This document shows positions 9,949 to 18,353 of a DNA stretch of 64,000 bases, piece after piece. Each line of letters begins with the position of its first letter. The stretch's first letter is position 1. The position numbers and the translations under genes were made by a program. The notes beneath the pieces were generated by a model that did no database searches, was not told the DNA's origin, and worked only from the letters and a program-made list of their open reading frames with translations. Origin of the DNA: a virus; the IMG/VR virus record IMGVR_UViG_3300047557_003310, positions 68,825-132,824 of that record; one strand, given 5' to 3'.

Positions 9949-11127
9949 ATGGAATTTAAAATTTCTTCAGTTGAAGAAGAAACTAAAATTAAAGGTATGA
10001 CTGTTTTTAATACAGAAAAAGTTAATACGAAAAAACAACCAATGTTTTTTGGTCAGCCATTAGGAGTTCAAAGATATGATTCATACAAGTATCCAGTTTT
10101 TGATAGACTCACCACACAACAACTAGGTTATTTCTGGAGACCCGAAGAGGTCTCTCTCCAAAAAGATCGTGGTGACTATCATACTCTTCGTCCTGAACAG
10201 AAACATATCTATACTTCTAATTTGAAGTATCAGATCATGTTAGATTCTGTTCAAGGTCGTGGACCTGGTATGGCATTTATTCCATATTGTTCACTTCCTG
10301 AGTTGGAAGCATGTATGGAAGTATGGGGGTTCATGGAGATGATTCATAGTCGCTCATACACATACATTATTAAAAATGTATATTCAGACCCAACAGAGGT
10401 CTTTGATACTATTATCGGTGACGAACGCATTCTAGAGCGTGCTAGGAGCGTCACAGAGTCTTATGATGATTTTATTAATTCAGCACAAATTTATGGTACA
10501 TCTACTGATTGGATGTATAGACTTGAAGGAGTCACAAACGCAAAGGAAACACTCAACGATGTTAAACGAAAACTCTACAGAGCAGTCGCAAATGTTAATA
10601 TTCTTGAAGGTATTCGCTTCTACATTAGCTTTGCTTGTAGTTTCGCTTTTGGCGAACTTAAGCTCATGGAAGGATCCGCTAAAATCATCTCACTTATTGC
10701 AAGAGACGAAAACCAACACTTAGCACTTACTCAAAACATTCTGAATAAATGGAAAGAAGGTGACGATCCAGAAATGCAAAAAATTGCAAAAGAAGAGGAA
10801 GAATGGGTTTATAAAATGTTTGATCGTGCCGTAAACGAAGAAAAGAAGTGGGCAGATTATCTGTTCAAGGATGGCAGCATGATCGGACTTAACGATAAAC
10901 TTCTTCAGCAATATGTTGAATGGATTGCAAATCGTCGCATGAAAGCAATTGGTCTTAAGCCAGTTTATGATATTCCAGCAAAAAACAATCCACTTCCTTG
11001 GACCGAACATTGGATTTCTTCCAAAGGACTACAAGTCGCTCCACAAGAAACGGAGCAGGAAACATATATTGTCGGTGGACTGAAACAAGACATGAAAGAA
11101 GATACATTTGCTAGCTTCAAATTGTAA
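9949..11127 (+). CDS. nrdB: Ribonucleotide reductase beta subunit (class Ia)
   Basis: FWRPEEV, EMIHSRSY, LEGIRFY, RDENQH di-iron motifs, VAPQE tail; SD GGAG before 9949. Confidence 0.96.
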   Translation: MEFKISSVEEETKIKGMTVFNTEKVNTKKQPMFFGQPLGVQRYDSYKYPVFDRLTTQQLGYFWRPEEVSLQKDRGDYHTLRPEQKHIYTSNLKYQIMLDSVQGRGPGMAFIPYCSLPELEACMEVWGFMEMIHSRSYTYIIKNVYSDPTEVFDTIIGDERILERARSVTESYDDFINSAQIYGTSTDWMYRLEGVTNAKETLNDVKRKLYRAVANVNILEGIRFYISFACSFAFGELKLMEGSAKIISLIARDENQHLALTQNILNKWKEGDDPEMQKIAKEEEEWVYKMFDRAVNEEKKWADYLFKDGSMIGLNDKLLQQYVEWIANRRMKAIGLKPVYDIPAKNNPLPWTEHWISSKGLQVAPQETEQETYIVGGLKQDMKEDTFASFKL

Positions 11128-11131
11128 TTTA

Positions 11132-11181
11132 AAACTGAGGTTGAATGTTATATAAATAAATATAACATTCAACCTCAGTTT
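11132..11181 (+). promoter_or_regulatory. 21-bp perfect inverted repeat with T4-type late promoter at its apex
   Basis: AAACTGAGGTTGAATGTTATA/TATAACATTCAACCTCAGTTT; TATAAATA at 11151-11158; ATG at 11185. Confidence 0.8.
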
Positions 11182-11184
11182 CAA

Positions 11185-11703
11185 ATGGATAATTATATTC
11201 TTTATTATTATTTAAGGGAGGACTTTAGTTCTCCCTTTTATGTTGGTTATGGTAAACCAAGAAGAATACACGCAAAGCATTTGAGAAGTAATGGGGCAAA
11301 TCTATTGCCATCAAGAGAAAGAAGATGGATCGTAAAATCTGGATTAACTAAACAAGAAGCAATAGAACTTGAAGTAAAGCACATAGCACTTTGGAAAAGA
11401 GAATGTGATGGTGGAGTTTTATTAAATCAAAATCTTGGTGGAGAAGGAAAACCAGGAGGACAAAAAACTAAAGGATTTAGTGGTAGAAAACATAGCGAAG
11501 AAAGTAAAAAGAAAACTTCATTAAAAGTTGCTGGTAAAAATAATCCAAGAGCAAAGAAATATATCTTCATTTCTCCAGATGGTAAAAAATACATTATAGA
11601 AGGTGGTGTTAAAAAGTTTTGTAAAGAAATAGGAATAACTTATGATGCGGTTTTAGGAAAGAAGAGCAAGAATACAAAAGGTTGGACTATATTAAACGCA
11701 TAA
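11185..11703 (+). CDS. Putative homing endonuclease (GIY-YIG-like with NUMOD3 motif)
   Basis: YILYYYLRED..PFYVGYG, LLNQNLGGEG, GRKHSEESKKK. Confidence 0.75.
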   Translation: MDNYILYYYLREDFSSPFYVGYGKPRRIHAKHLRSNGANLLPSRERRWIVKSGLTKQEAIELEVKHIALWKRECDGGVLLNQNLGGEGKPGGQKTKGFSGRKHSEESKKKTSLKVAGKNNPRAKKYIFISPDGKKYIIEGGVKKFCKEIGITYDAVLGKKSKNTKGWTILNA

Positions 11704-11755
11704 GCTCCCTTTTTTAATAAATATATAAAGACAAACAAGAATTTTTTGTATAACA

Positions 11756-12985
11756 ATGTCAAAATACTACTTAACAGAAGCTTACGGTGAGCTATATAAC
11801 CCAAGAAAAGCTGATGAGACATTCTATGAGAATCTAAGATTCGTAGATTATCTCATGCAAGAAGAGATTGAGGAAGTCATGGAATCTCTTCTCTGGGAAT
11901 TTATGGATTATGGTAATAATCTTGATGAATCTTATGGTTTGATCAAAGGTGTATTTTCTGATGATGTGATTCTAGAAGAAGTATTAACTGAAGCTAGAAT
12001 GACTCCAAGACAAAAGGAAGAAAGAGCGGCACGCCAGAGAAGTAATTTGCAACTAGCTGCTGGTCAAGAAGCAACTAAAAGAAGAGAAGCTAGAAAGGCT
12101 GCTGTAACTGGAGCACTCAAACAAGCCAGGGAAACCGTAGGAAAAGTAGCTTCTGGTGTAGGATCTTCTGCTATGGGAGCGATGAGATCTGGTAAAAAGG
12201 CTGCTGCTGGCGCATATGATCGTGCTAAGGGTCTTCCTGGTAAAGCCATGGCTGCTCTTAAAGGACTTGCTCGTAAAGGTGCAGCTGCAGCTATTAAATC
12301 AGGTAGATCAACCGAAAGAGCAGGAAAAGAAGCAGAAAGAACTACAGTAACTACAACTTCCACTTCTGGTGGTGGTCGTGGCGCAGCTCCATCCACTCAA
12401 ACTACAGTAGAAAAGTCAGGTGGATCTAAGCGTAGAGCAATTGGTGGGTTACTACAAAGAGCTGGAAAGGCACTTGCTGGGAAACTAAAAGCCAAACCAG
12501 ATCGTATGACCAGAGGTGAATACGAAGAAAGAAAAGCTGGTAGAGCTGCTGCTGCCAGATCTGCTGTTGCTGGTACTGTCTCATCTACAGCACCAAAACC
12601 AGAAGCTAAAAAGCCTGAGCTTGGATTTAAGAAATTAGAAGCATCTGGTCAAAAGCCAGTATACAACCCAGCTGCAGCAAATCGTAGCGAAAAGAAAAGA
12701 ACAGGTGGAAAACTTCCTGCTTCTAGTGCTTTGACTCCCTGGAATAAAGGTCCAGATAAGAGCGGAAAGAAATCTACTGCTCCTAGTACAATTCAGGCAG
12801 AAAGAAGAAAGCAAATTAAATTAGCACGCACACAGAGAGAAGAATTTGAACTTCTAGCACAATATATCCTAGAAGACTTTATCAATGAAGGTTATGCTGA
12901 TACTTATGAGGATGCACTTGAAATTCTAGAAAATCTTTCAGAAAATTCTATTATAGAACTTACTGAAATGTATCTAGAAGGCTGA
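11756..12985 (+). CDS. Hypothetical protein: acidic terminal domains flanking a long basic Ala/Lys/Arg-rich core
   Basis: 409-aa ORF; LTEAY start, LTE-A before basic core, C-terminal EGYADTYEDALEIL domain. Confidence 0.7.
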   Translation: MSKYYLTEAYGELYNPRKADETFYENLRFVDYLMQEEIEEVMESLLWEFMDYGNNLDESYGLIKGVFSDDVILEEVLTEARMTPRQKEERAARQRSNLQLAAGQEATKRREARKAAVTGALKQARETVGKVASGVGSSAMGAMRSGKKAAAGAYDRAKGLPGKAMAALKGLARKGAAAAIKSGRSTERAGKEAERTTVTTTSTSGGGRGAAPSTQTTVEKSGGSKRRAIGGLLQRAGKALAGKLKAKPDRMTRGEYEERKAGRAAAARSAVAGTVSSTAPKPEAKKPELGFKKLEASGQKPVYNPAAANRSEKKRTGGKLPASSALTPWNKGPDKSGKKSTAPSTIQAERRKQIKLARTQREEFELLAQYILEDFINEGYADTYEDALEILENLSENSIIELTEMYLEG

Positions 12986-12997
12986 TCGCCAAAAGGA

Positions 12998-13021
12998 AAG
13001 GGAGCCTCGGCTCCCTTTTTT
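12998..13021. terminator. Bidirectional intrinsic terminator between convergent genes
   Basis: AAAGGGAGC-CTCG-GCTCCCTTTTT. Confidence 0.8.
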
Positions 13022-13436
13022 AGTCTTCTGATTTAATTACTATTCCGTAGATGTTATCTTTTTCAGAACTAAAGAATTTACCTTCTACATTAGTATTGTA
13101 ATAATCTTCTCTTAAAATTACATCTCGTTTAAATTGTTCCATGGTTTCATAGAAACTCATGGATTTTTTGTGTGGACAAAGATATAATATTTCACGAAGA
13201 AATTTATCTTTGCCTAATAACTTTACATCTGCTATTAATTCATCACAAGATCCAAAGTAATCTCTCCAGTTACTTTCCTTTTTCTTTCTTCTCCCTGTTT
13301 TTCTATCTTTTCTTCTTTCCCAAAAAGTTTTCTTTCCGATATATTTTTTTTCGTTTTCCAGATTCGTGATAAGATATACAAATCCTTCCATGCCATCTGG
13401 CACTTCATCAATAACTTTTCCTTTTATGTTCCACAC
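13020..13436 (-). CDS. GIY-YIG nuclease-like protein
   Basis: GFVYLITNLENEKKYIGKK, YFGS, REIL, YYNTN motifs. Confidence 0.75.
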   Translation of the reverse strand: MWNIKGKVIDEVPDGMEGFVYLITNLENEKKYIGKKTFWERRKDRKTGRRKKKESNWRDYFGSCDELIADVKLLGKDKFLREILYLCPHKKSMSFYETMEQFKRDVILREDYYNTNVEGKFFSSEKDNIYGIVIKSED

Positions 13437-13487
13437 TTGACATCCTCACGACTATGGCTTATTATGATTTCGAATCAAAAAGTATTT

Positions 13488-13670
13488 ATGATCAACGATC
13501 AAGACCCAATGGAAGTTCTAGTCACTGATATTAGGGATTGGAGCATCGAAAGGTTCTCTAAATTGACTAAAAAGAATCAATTTGAAAATGCAATCGCATT
13601 AGAAGAAGAATTTTCTGAGTGGCTATCTTCGGATTTGGATGATGATATTGAAATTATCACAGTCAATTGA
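13488..13670 (+). CDS. Small acidic hypothetical protein
   Basis: ORF MINDQDPMEVLV...; start uncertain. Confidence 0.5.
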   Translation: MINDQDPMEVLVTDIRDWSIERFSKLTKKNQFENAIALEEEFSEWLSSDLDDDIEIITVN

Positions 13671-13695
13671 CAAATTCTAAATAATCACTTATAAT
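13667..13695 (+). promoter_or_regulatory. Consensus sigma70-type promoter
   Basis: TTGACA-N17-TATAAT. Confidence 0.8.
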
Positions 13696-13747
13696 GTAAA
13701 ATCCCTATTATGAGTAGGGTCTTTGTTATGAGATTTTGAGTGCGATT

Positions 13748-13813
13748 TAGAGCCGTGGGTACTGCCCCTGAGAAGGGGAAATTCTCCTTTACCTATACGG
13801 ATGTAGAGTTCTA
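13748..13813 (+). ncRNA. Candidate structured 5' leader RNA
   Basis: Nested pairings TAGAGC/GTTCTA, CCGTGGGT/ACCTATACGG, CCCCT-GAGA-AGGGG (GNRA loop); GC-rich in AT-rich context. Confidence 0.45.
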
Positions 13814-13822
13814 TTAAAATTA

Positions 13823-14488
13823 ATGCAATTTATCTTTACAGTAGCCATGCCTCTATTGGCAACGGTTACAACCACTACGGCAACACTGCCATTCGTCAAC
13901 TATAAGATGCAAGGGCCACCTCCTCCTGTTACAGGACAAGTGCCCTTTTCTATTATCAAAGAGTTTGATCTTGTAGATGAAAAGAAGACAGCAATCCGCG
14001 AGGTTGCGCCACCAAAGCCAAAAGAGAACCGGCTAATTTGTAAAGGGTGTAATGAACATGAGAATGCTACCCTGGCATTTTTCCAGGATCGTGGTATTAA
14101 AGACAGAAACGCCCTTGCTACCATCATGGGTAATATCCGTCAGGAATCAACTTTTATTCCTAACATTTGTGAGGGTGGTAGTAGGACTCAGTATCATAAC
14201 TGCGGTCGTGGTTATGGTCTGATTCAATGGACATCTTCCGATCGTTATTATGGATTGGGTGATTTTGCTAAGAAGTTTGGTGGTTCTCCATCAGCACTTC
14301 CAACGCAACTTCGTTATCTAACAACTGAGGTTCAATGGAGACGAATCGAAGACAGGATGAAAGTCCCTGGAAAGTCTATCGATCGTTACATGGACTATGC
14401 ATATAGTTGGATTGGTTGGGGACATCATGGTGCTCGTACATCATATGCACATGACTACGCTAACCGACTGATCACAGTAAAAGTTTGA
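13823..14488 (+). CDS. Phage tail-lysozyme-like (muramidase) protein with N-terminal signal-like segment
   Basis: ALATIMGNIRQES and GYGLIQWT motifs. Confidence 0.7.
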   Translation: MQFIFTVAMPLLATVTTTTATLPFVNYKMQGPPPPVTGQVPFSIIKEFDLVDEKKTAIREVAPPKPKENRLICKGCNEHENATLAFFQDRGIKDRNALATIMGNIRQESTFIPNICEGGSRTQYHNCGRGYGLIQWTSSDRYYGLGDFAKKFGGSPSALPTQLRYLTTEVQWRRIEDRMKVPGKSIDRYMDYAYSWIGWGHHGARTSYAHDYANRLITVKV

Positions 14489-14521
14489 TATATAAAGGGA
14501 GTAATTCTACTCCCTTTTCTT

Positions 14522-14818
14522 ATGTCAATAGATAATCTTCCAGATTCGGAACAAGACGCAGTAGATATAATTGCTAAAGCAGGGTATTTAAAGGCATCTA
14601 ATGATAAATTGGAAGTATCATTAGAATCATCAAATACAATTAACATTCAACCTAAAGGGAATGTATTTGGTGCAAAAATTAAAGTAGAAGAAAATGGAGA
14701 TATAACACCTATATTAACATTTGACACAAAAAAACTTCGTGATAAAAAAGATAGAATTGATGTGGAAGGAACAGTAGATGCGGCTTTAAAAGATTTTTGG
14801 GAAAATCAAAATGTTTAA
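14522..14818 (+). CDS. Hypothetical protein
   Basis: 98-aa ORF in operon context. Confidence 0.55.
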   Translation: MSIDNLPDSEQDAVDIIAKAGYLKASNDKLEVSLESSNTINIQPKGNVFGAKIKVEENGDITPILTFDTKKLRDKKDRIDVEGTVDAALKDFWENQNV

Positions 14819-15251
14819 AATCTTTGAAGTTAAAGAAGGAAAATTAAAAGTTTTACCGTCCATACGAATAAAAAATATTAAAGGATTTTTTATTGGTTCT
14901 ATAGTTATTATAATAATTGCTTCTTTATCTGGTTGGATGAATATCAATGAAAAAGATTTGTGGAAGATATATCATCTTCTGATTGAAAGATTAAATTTAA
15001 AACAAGAGATCCCAGAAATAATTGATAATCAAAAAAGAATAGATGCAAAAGTAGAACTTGAAGTTGAATCAGCATTGACGAAAGTTACCCCAGAGTATGA
15101 TAGAATCATACAAGATGCAGACAAAAAGTACAAACCTATATACAGTGAACTTGACATAGATGAATCAGTGTGCTACACTGATGAATGTAAATCACTTGGT
15201 GGGGAAATGCGGTTATGTGCTCCATGGGTTGACAGCTGCACGAAACATTGA
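14811..15251 (+). CDS. Hypothetical membrane-anchored protein with Cys-rich C-terminus
   Basis: One hydrophobic helix; VCYTDEC...MRLCAPW. Confidence 0.6.
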   Translation: MFKIFEVKEGKLKVLPSIRIKNIKGFFIGSIVIIIIASLSGWMNINEKDLWKIYHLLIERLNLKQEIPEIIDNQKRIDAKVELEVESALTKVTPEYDRIIQDADKKYKPIYSELDIDESVCYTDECKSLGGEMRLCAPWVDSCTKH

Positions 15252-15265
15252 TATACTTCTTACAT

Positions 15266-15347
15266 CCTCGTTTGGCGTAATCGGTAGCCGCAGCGGTCTC
15301 AAAAACCGCTTCTGAAAGGAGTCCCAGTTCGAGTCTGGGAACGAGGA
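15266..15347 (+). tRNA. tRNA-Leu(CAA)
   Basis: Acceptor CCTCGTT/AACGAGG, anticodon arm GCGGT-CTCAAAA-ACCGC, long variable arm, T arm CCCAG-TTCGAGT-CTGGG. Confidence 0.85.
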
Positions 15348-15385
15348 CTTGACAATTTTGACTTTATGTCTTATGATTGTCTTAT

Positions 15386-15467
15386 GGGTAGGTGTCCGAG
15401 TGGTTAATGGAGGCGGACTGTAAATCCGCTGGCTCTGCCTACGGGGGTTCAAATCCCTCCCTGCCCA
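15386..15467 (+). tRNA. tRNA-Tyr(GTA)
   Basis: GCGGA-CTGTAAA-TCCGC anticodon arm, variable arm, GGTTCAAATCC. Confidence 0.93.
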
Positions 15468-15583
15468 CTTGACAATCAAATCCTTAACTGGTATGATTGT
15501 CTTATGAGCAACGGAGGTCCACACTTCGTATAAGTCTCACCCCTCCCATGCCTCTCAACGATGCACAAACAGGGAGGTCTCTT

Positions 15584-15656
15584 GGGCAAGTAGCATAATG
15601 GATAATGCAGCATCCTTCTAAGATGTCGATTGGGGGTTCGAGTCCCTCCTTGCCTG
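15584..15656 (+). tRNA. tRNA-Arg(TCT)
   Basis: GCATC-CTTCTAA-GATGT anticodon arm, GGTTCGAGTCC. Confidence 0.9.
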
Positions 15657-15766
15657 TTGGAGATTATCTCCATATATAAAAGTGATAGAGGGTAAGTCCC
15701 TGTTATATCCTTATGAGGTATATCACACTTACTCCATCTCATTTAAATATTGTATTTTCTTAAATC

Positions 15767-15958
15767 ATGGCAAAAAACAAAACAATCAACACTTCTTATG
15801 ATCTTGGTTATTCTGCCAGGAATGAAAATCATGATACAATTCGTGATATTCGAATTAATTTTGAAAATCCTGATAGTGAATTTCTTATGGAGAATCTAAA
15901 TACTTGGCTTCGAGCAATTGGTGTTGATCTTGAGGTTGTAGTAAAGAAGGTGGTTTGA
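15767..15958 (+). CDS. Small hypothetical protein within tRNA cluster
   Basis: 63-aa ATG ORF filling an intergenic gap. Confidence 0.55.
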   Translation: MAKNKTINTSYDLGYSARNENHDTIRDIRINFENPDSEFLMENLNTWLRAIGVDLEVVVKKVV

Positions 15959-15964
15959 TTTATC

Positions 15965-16084
15965 TAGTCCCAGCGACACCGTTGGTAACGGTCTTGCAGT
16001 GGTGGTGCCACGCGATCCAGAAGGAGATTAATCTCTGAGGTAGGCGTATCAAAACTTAAGGTTCGAATCCTTATGCTGGGACTA
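15965..16084 (+). ncRNA. Enlarged tRNA-like RNA of unknown class
   Basis: 10-bp terminal stem TAGTCCCAGC/GCTGGGACTA, canonical T arm TAAGG-TTCGAAT-CCTTA, non-canonical D and anticodon arms. Confidence 0.6.
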
Positions 16085-16143
16085 ATAAATGATTTTATTA
16101 ACACTTGACAATTAAACTTAAATAGTTTATAATTGTCTCATAA

Positions 16144-16214
16144 GCGGGTATAGTTTAGGGGTAAAATGCCATCCTTCCAAGTTGGAGTCACCGGTTCGAT
16201 TCCGGTTACCCGCT
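16144..16214 (+). tRNA. tRNA-Gly(TCC)
   Basis: GCGGGTA/TACCCGC acceptor, CTTCCAA loop, GGTTCGATTCC. Confidence 0.9.
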
Positions 16215-16265
16215 CTGAACCTTCGGGTTCTATAAATAATGGTAGAACAATAAAACTTCTACCAA

Positions 16266-16568
16266 ATGCCAAAAGAAACTAGAACTTATGCTGATCGTAG
16301 AGAAGCAAACAAAGCAAGCGTTATTAAACGACGCAAGCAAAACAAACTTCTTTTGGTAGAATATAAAGGTGGCAAGTGTGAAAGATGTGGATATGATAAG
16401 TGCGTCTCTGCCTTAGAATTTCATCATCTCGACCCCACTACCAAGGAAACTAAAAACCTTGGGACCACCGCTGCCATCGAAAAACAGAAGGCAGAAGCAG
16501 ATAAATGTATTCTTGTATGTGCTAACTGCCATCGAGAAATACATTACGAACAATATAATGGGGTGTAG
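16266..16568 (+). CDS. HNH endonuclease in tRNA cluster
   Basis: CERCG...LEFHHLDP...CILVCANCHREIH; TATAAATA at 16231-16238. Confidence 0.85.
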   Translation: MPKETRTYADRREANKASVIKRRKQNKLLLVEYKGGKCERCGYDKCVSALEFHHLDPTTKETKNLGTTAAIEKQKAEADKCILVCANCHREIHYEQYNGV

Positions 16569-16631
16569 CTCAGCGGTAGTAGCGGGATGCTGTTAACATC
16601 TAGGTCGCAGGTTCGATCCCTGCCGCCCCAG
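16559..16631 (+). tRNA. tRNA-Asn(GTT)
   Basis: GGATG-CTGTTAA-CATCT anticodon arm, GGTTCGATCCC. Confidence 0.9.
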
Positions 16632-16665
16632 TTGGAAGGTCTGGAAATGTCTGATTCTATCATAA

Positions 16666-16835
16666 GAGTCGGGATCATCATATCCGACTCACGAAATCCT
16701 AAGTTTTCTTAGGTCGGGGACTTGATCACCCCTGCTCGTATTGTAGGTGCCAAAACCTCTCCCCAGGTCGATGTTTAAACTGGTGCTTGGGTGAATGTCA
16801 AGAGTGGGGACATAGGTAAAGTTTCCAACACCTAC
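16666..16835 (+). ncRNA. Candidate multi-stem structured RNA(s) between tRNAs
   Basis: GAGTCGG/CCGACTC, CCTAAG/CTTAGG, GGGG/CCCC, GTAGGTG/CACCTAC, TCCCC/GGGGA stems; no credible ORF. Confidence 0.5.
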
Positions 16836-16840
16836 CACAA

Positions 16841-16912
16841 CCTCTGGTAGTCTATTGGTAAGGACGGGTGGACAACACACATGGAAACTAGGTTCGATTC
16901 CTAGACAGAGGC
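16841..16912 (+). ncRNA. tRNA-like RNA or pseudo-tRNA with collapsed anticodon arm
   Basis: Acceptor CCTCTG/CAGAGG, D arm with TGGTA, T arm CTAGG-TTCGATT-CCTAG; anticodon arm only GTG-GACAA-CAC. Confidence 0.65.
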
Positions 16913-16995
16913 TTAAGTATTTTTATAACTCACCTTGTAAAAGGTGAGTTTTTCTTGTATAAATAATAAGATCTAAAAATACATCATGAGAAAAA

Positions 16996-17247
16996 ATGTT
17001 AAAGATAAGATGCAAAGAGTGCAATACTGAAGTTTCTGCACATCCTGGACAATCCAAATCATGTGGATGTCCAAATATGGCTACAATCAAGGGAGATAAA
17101 ATATCTGCACTAGATTTGTCTAAGATAGTTATGTTGAATTCTTATGTACAAAAGGAATCCAACAGAGTTTTAACTAACGAAGATATTATGTGGCAAGAGG
17201 CAAGACGCCAAAGAAAAGTTCGTAAATTGGATTTTGAAGTTCGTTAA
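16996..17247 (+). CDS. Zn-ribbon-like conserved cyanophage hypothetical protein
   Basis: CKEC...CGCPN; C-terminal RKVRKLDFEVR; TATAAATA upstream. Confidence 0.7.
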   Translation: MLKIRCKECNTEVSAHPGQSKSCGCPNMATIKGDKISALDLSKIVMLNSYVQKESNRVLTNEDIMWQEARRQRKVRKLDFEVR

Positions 17248-17255
17248 TAGAGTAA

Positions 17256-17337
17256 AGAGGATAGCACTAATGGTTAGTAACACGCCTTGAAAGCGTGGCC
17301 AGGTTCACGCCTGATGGTTCGATTCCATTATTCTCTG
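17256..17337 (+). tRNA. tRNA-Ser(TGA)
   Basis: CACGC-CTTGAAA-GCGTG anticodon arm, long variable arm, GGTTCGATTCC; A at position 8 is atypical. Confidence 0.8.
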
Positions 17338-17359
17338 TTAATAAATAGCTAAAAAACTC

Positions 17360-17731
17360 ATGAGATTTAAAGAGTTTCTTGCTGAATCAAAAAAGGTTCA
17401 AGTTAAAGATTTTATGCATTTTGTAAAAGATGAACTTGGATTGCCATCATTACCAAAAGTAATTATAATAGATGACCCACAGTTTTCTATTGACAATAAG
17501 ACATTTGGTTGTTTTAATTTAGGTAGTGATGAAATTAAAGTTCAAATAGCACAGAGACATCCATTGGATGTGTACAGAACACTTGCACATGAACTTGTTC
17601 ATTATCACCAAAAACAAAGTGGTAAAGAAATGAGTGGTGAAGATGGATCTGAGTGTGAAAATGAAGCTAATTCTTTAGCAGGAGTTCTGTTAAGAAAGTA
17701 CACAAAAGGTATCAAAAATCACGGTTATTGA
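17360..17731 (+). CDS. Small zincin-like metallopeptidase (HExxH)
   Basis: RTLAHELVHYHQ...ENEAN; N-terminus MRFKEFLAE. Confidence 0.7.
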   Translation: MRFKEFLAESKKVQVKDFMHFVKDELGLPSLPKVIIIDDPQFSIDNKTFGCFNLGSDEIKVQIAQRHPLDVYRTLAHELVHYHQKQSGKEMSGEDGSECENEANSLAGVLLRKYTKGIKNHGY

Positions 17732-17813
17732 TTGATTTGTTTTTGTATCAAGACAAATAGTTGACATTAAGAAGTTACTAGTTATAATTACTTATTATGT
17801 GCCACTGTTTCAA

Positions 17814-17962
17814 TGGATAGTAGAACATTTGAAAACTGGGTTAAAATAAAAAATACATTTGAACAGTCTGGTAATACAGATAATATGTTTTATAAAAGAG
17901 CATGTGAAATTGTAAAAACTGGTAAGGATCCCTTAGCGAAATTTCTTGGAGATGAAAAATGA
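17814..17962 (+). CDS. Small hypothetical protein
   Basis: MDSRTFENWVKIK...SGNTDNMFYKRA; coordinates approximate. Confidence 0.55.
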
Positions 17963-18162
17963 TGGAACCTCCCGACGAATTTATTACTCGTTCAGAAGTT
18001 CAGGAGATGATTGATGCTGCTATACGAAGACACAACCGTAATGCTTCTATCATTAGCATGTGCGTCGGTTGGGTGGTTCTTGCTCTATTTGCTGAGGGAT
18101 TACTAAGACTTATTGGTGTTATTCCACCTTTATTTCCATGGTTTAATATTTCTTTAATCTAA
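17959..18162 (+). CDS. Small membrane protein
   Basis: EVQEMIDAAIRRHNRNASIISM followed by a hydrophobic helix. Confidence 0.65.
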   Translation: MMEPPDEFITRSEVQEMIDAAIRRHNRNASIISMCVGWVVLALFAEGLLRLIGVIPPLFPWFNISLI

Positions 18163-18353
18163 TGATAACAATTACAGAAAAAGATTTAAAACAACTACAA
18201 GAAATAATTTTAAGACAAAAAATGGAAGAACTTTTCGAAGAACCGTCATCTTATGAGGATGAAGAATATGAATAGTTTAATATTAAATACTATAATAATA
18301 TTTGGACTTGTTGGAATATTTCTTTATTGGGGACTCAATAGTGCGTATCAATA

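Noticed and set aside
15965-16084. tRNA-Sec or tmRNA call
   Set aside because: No UCA anticodon loop, no alanine-type acceptor end and no tag reading frame
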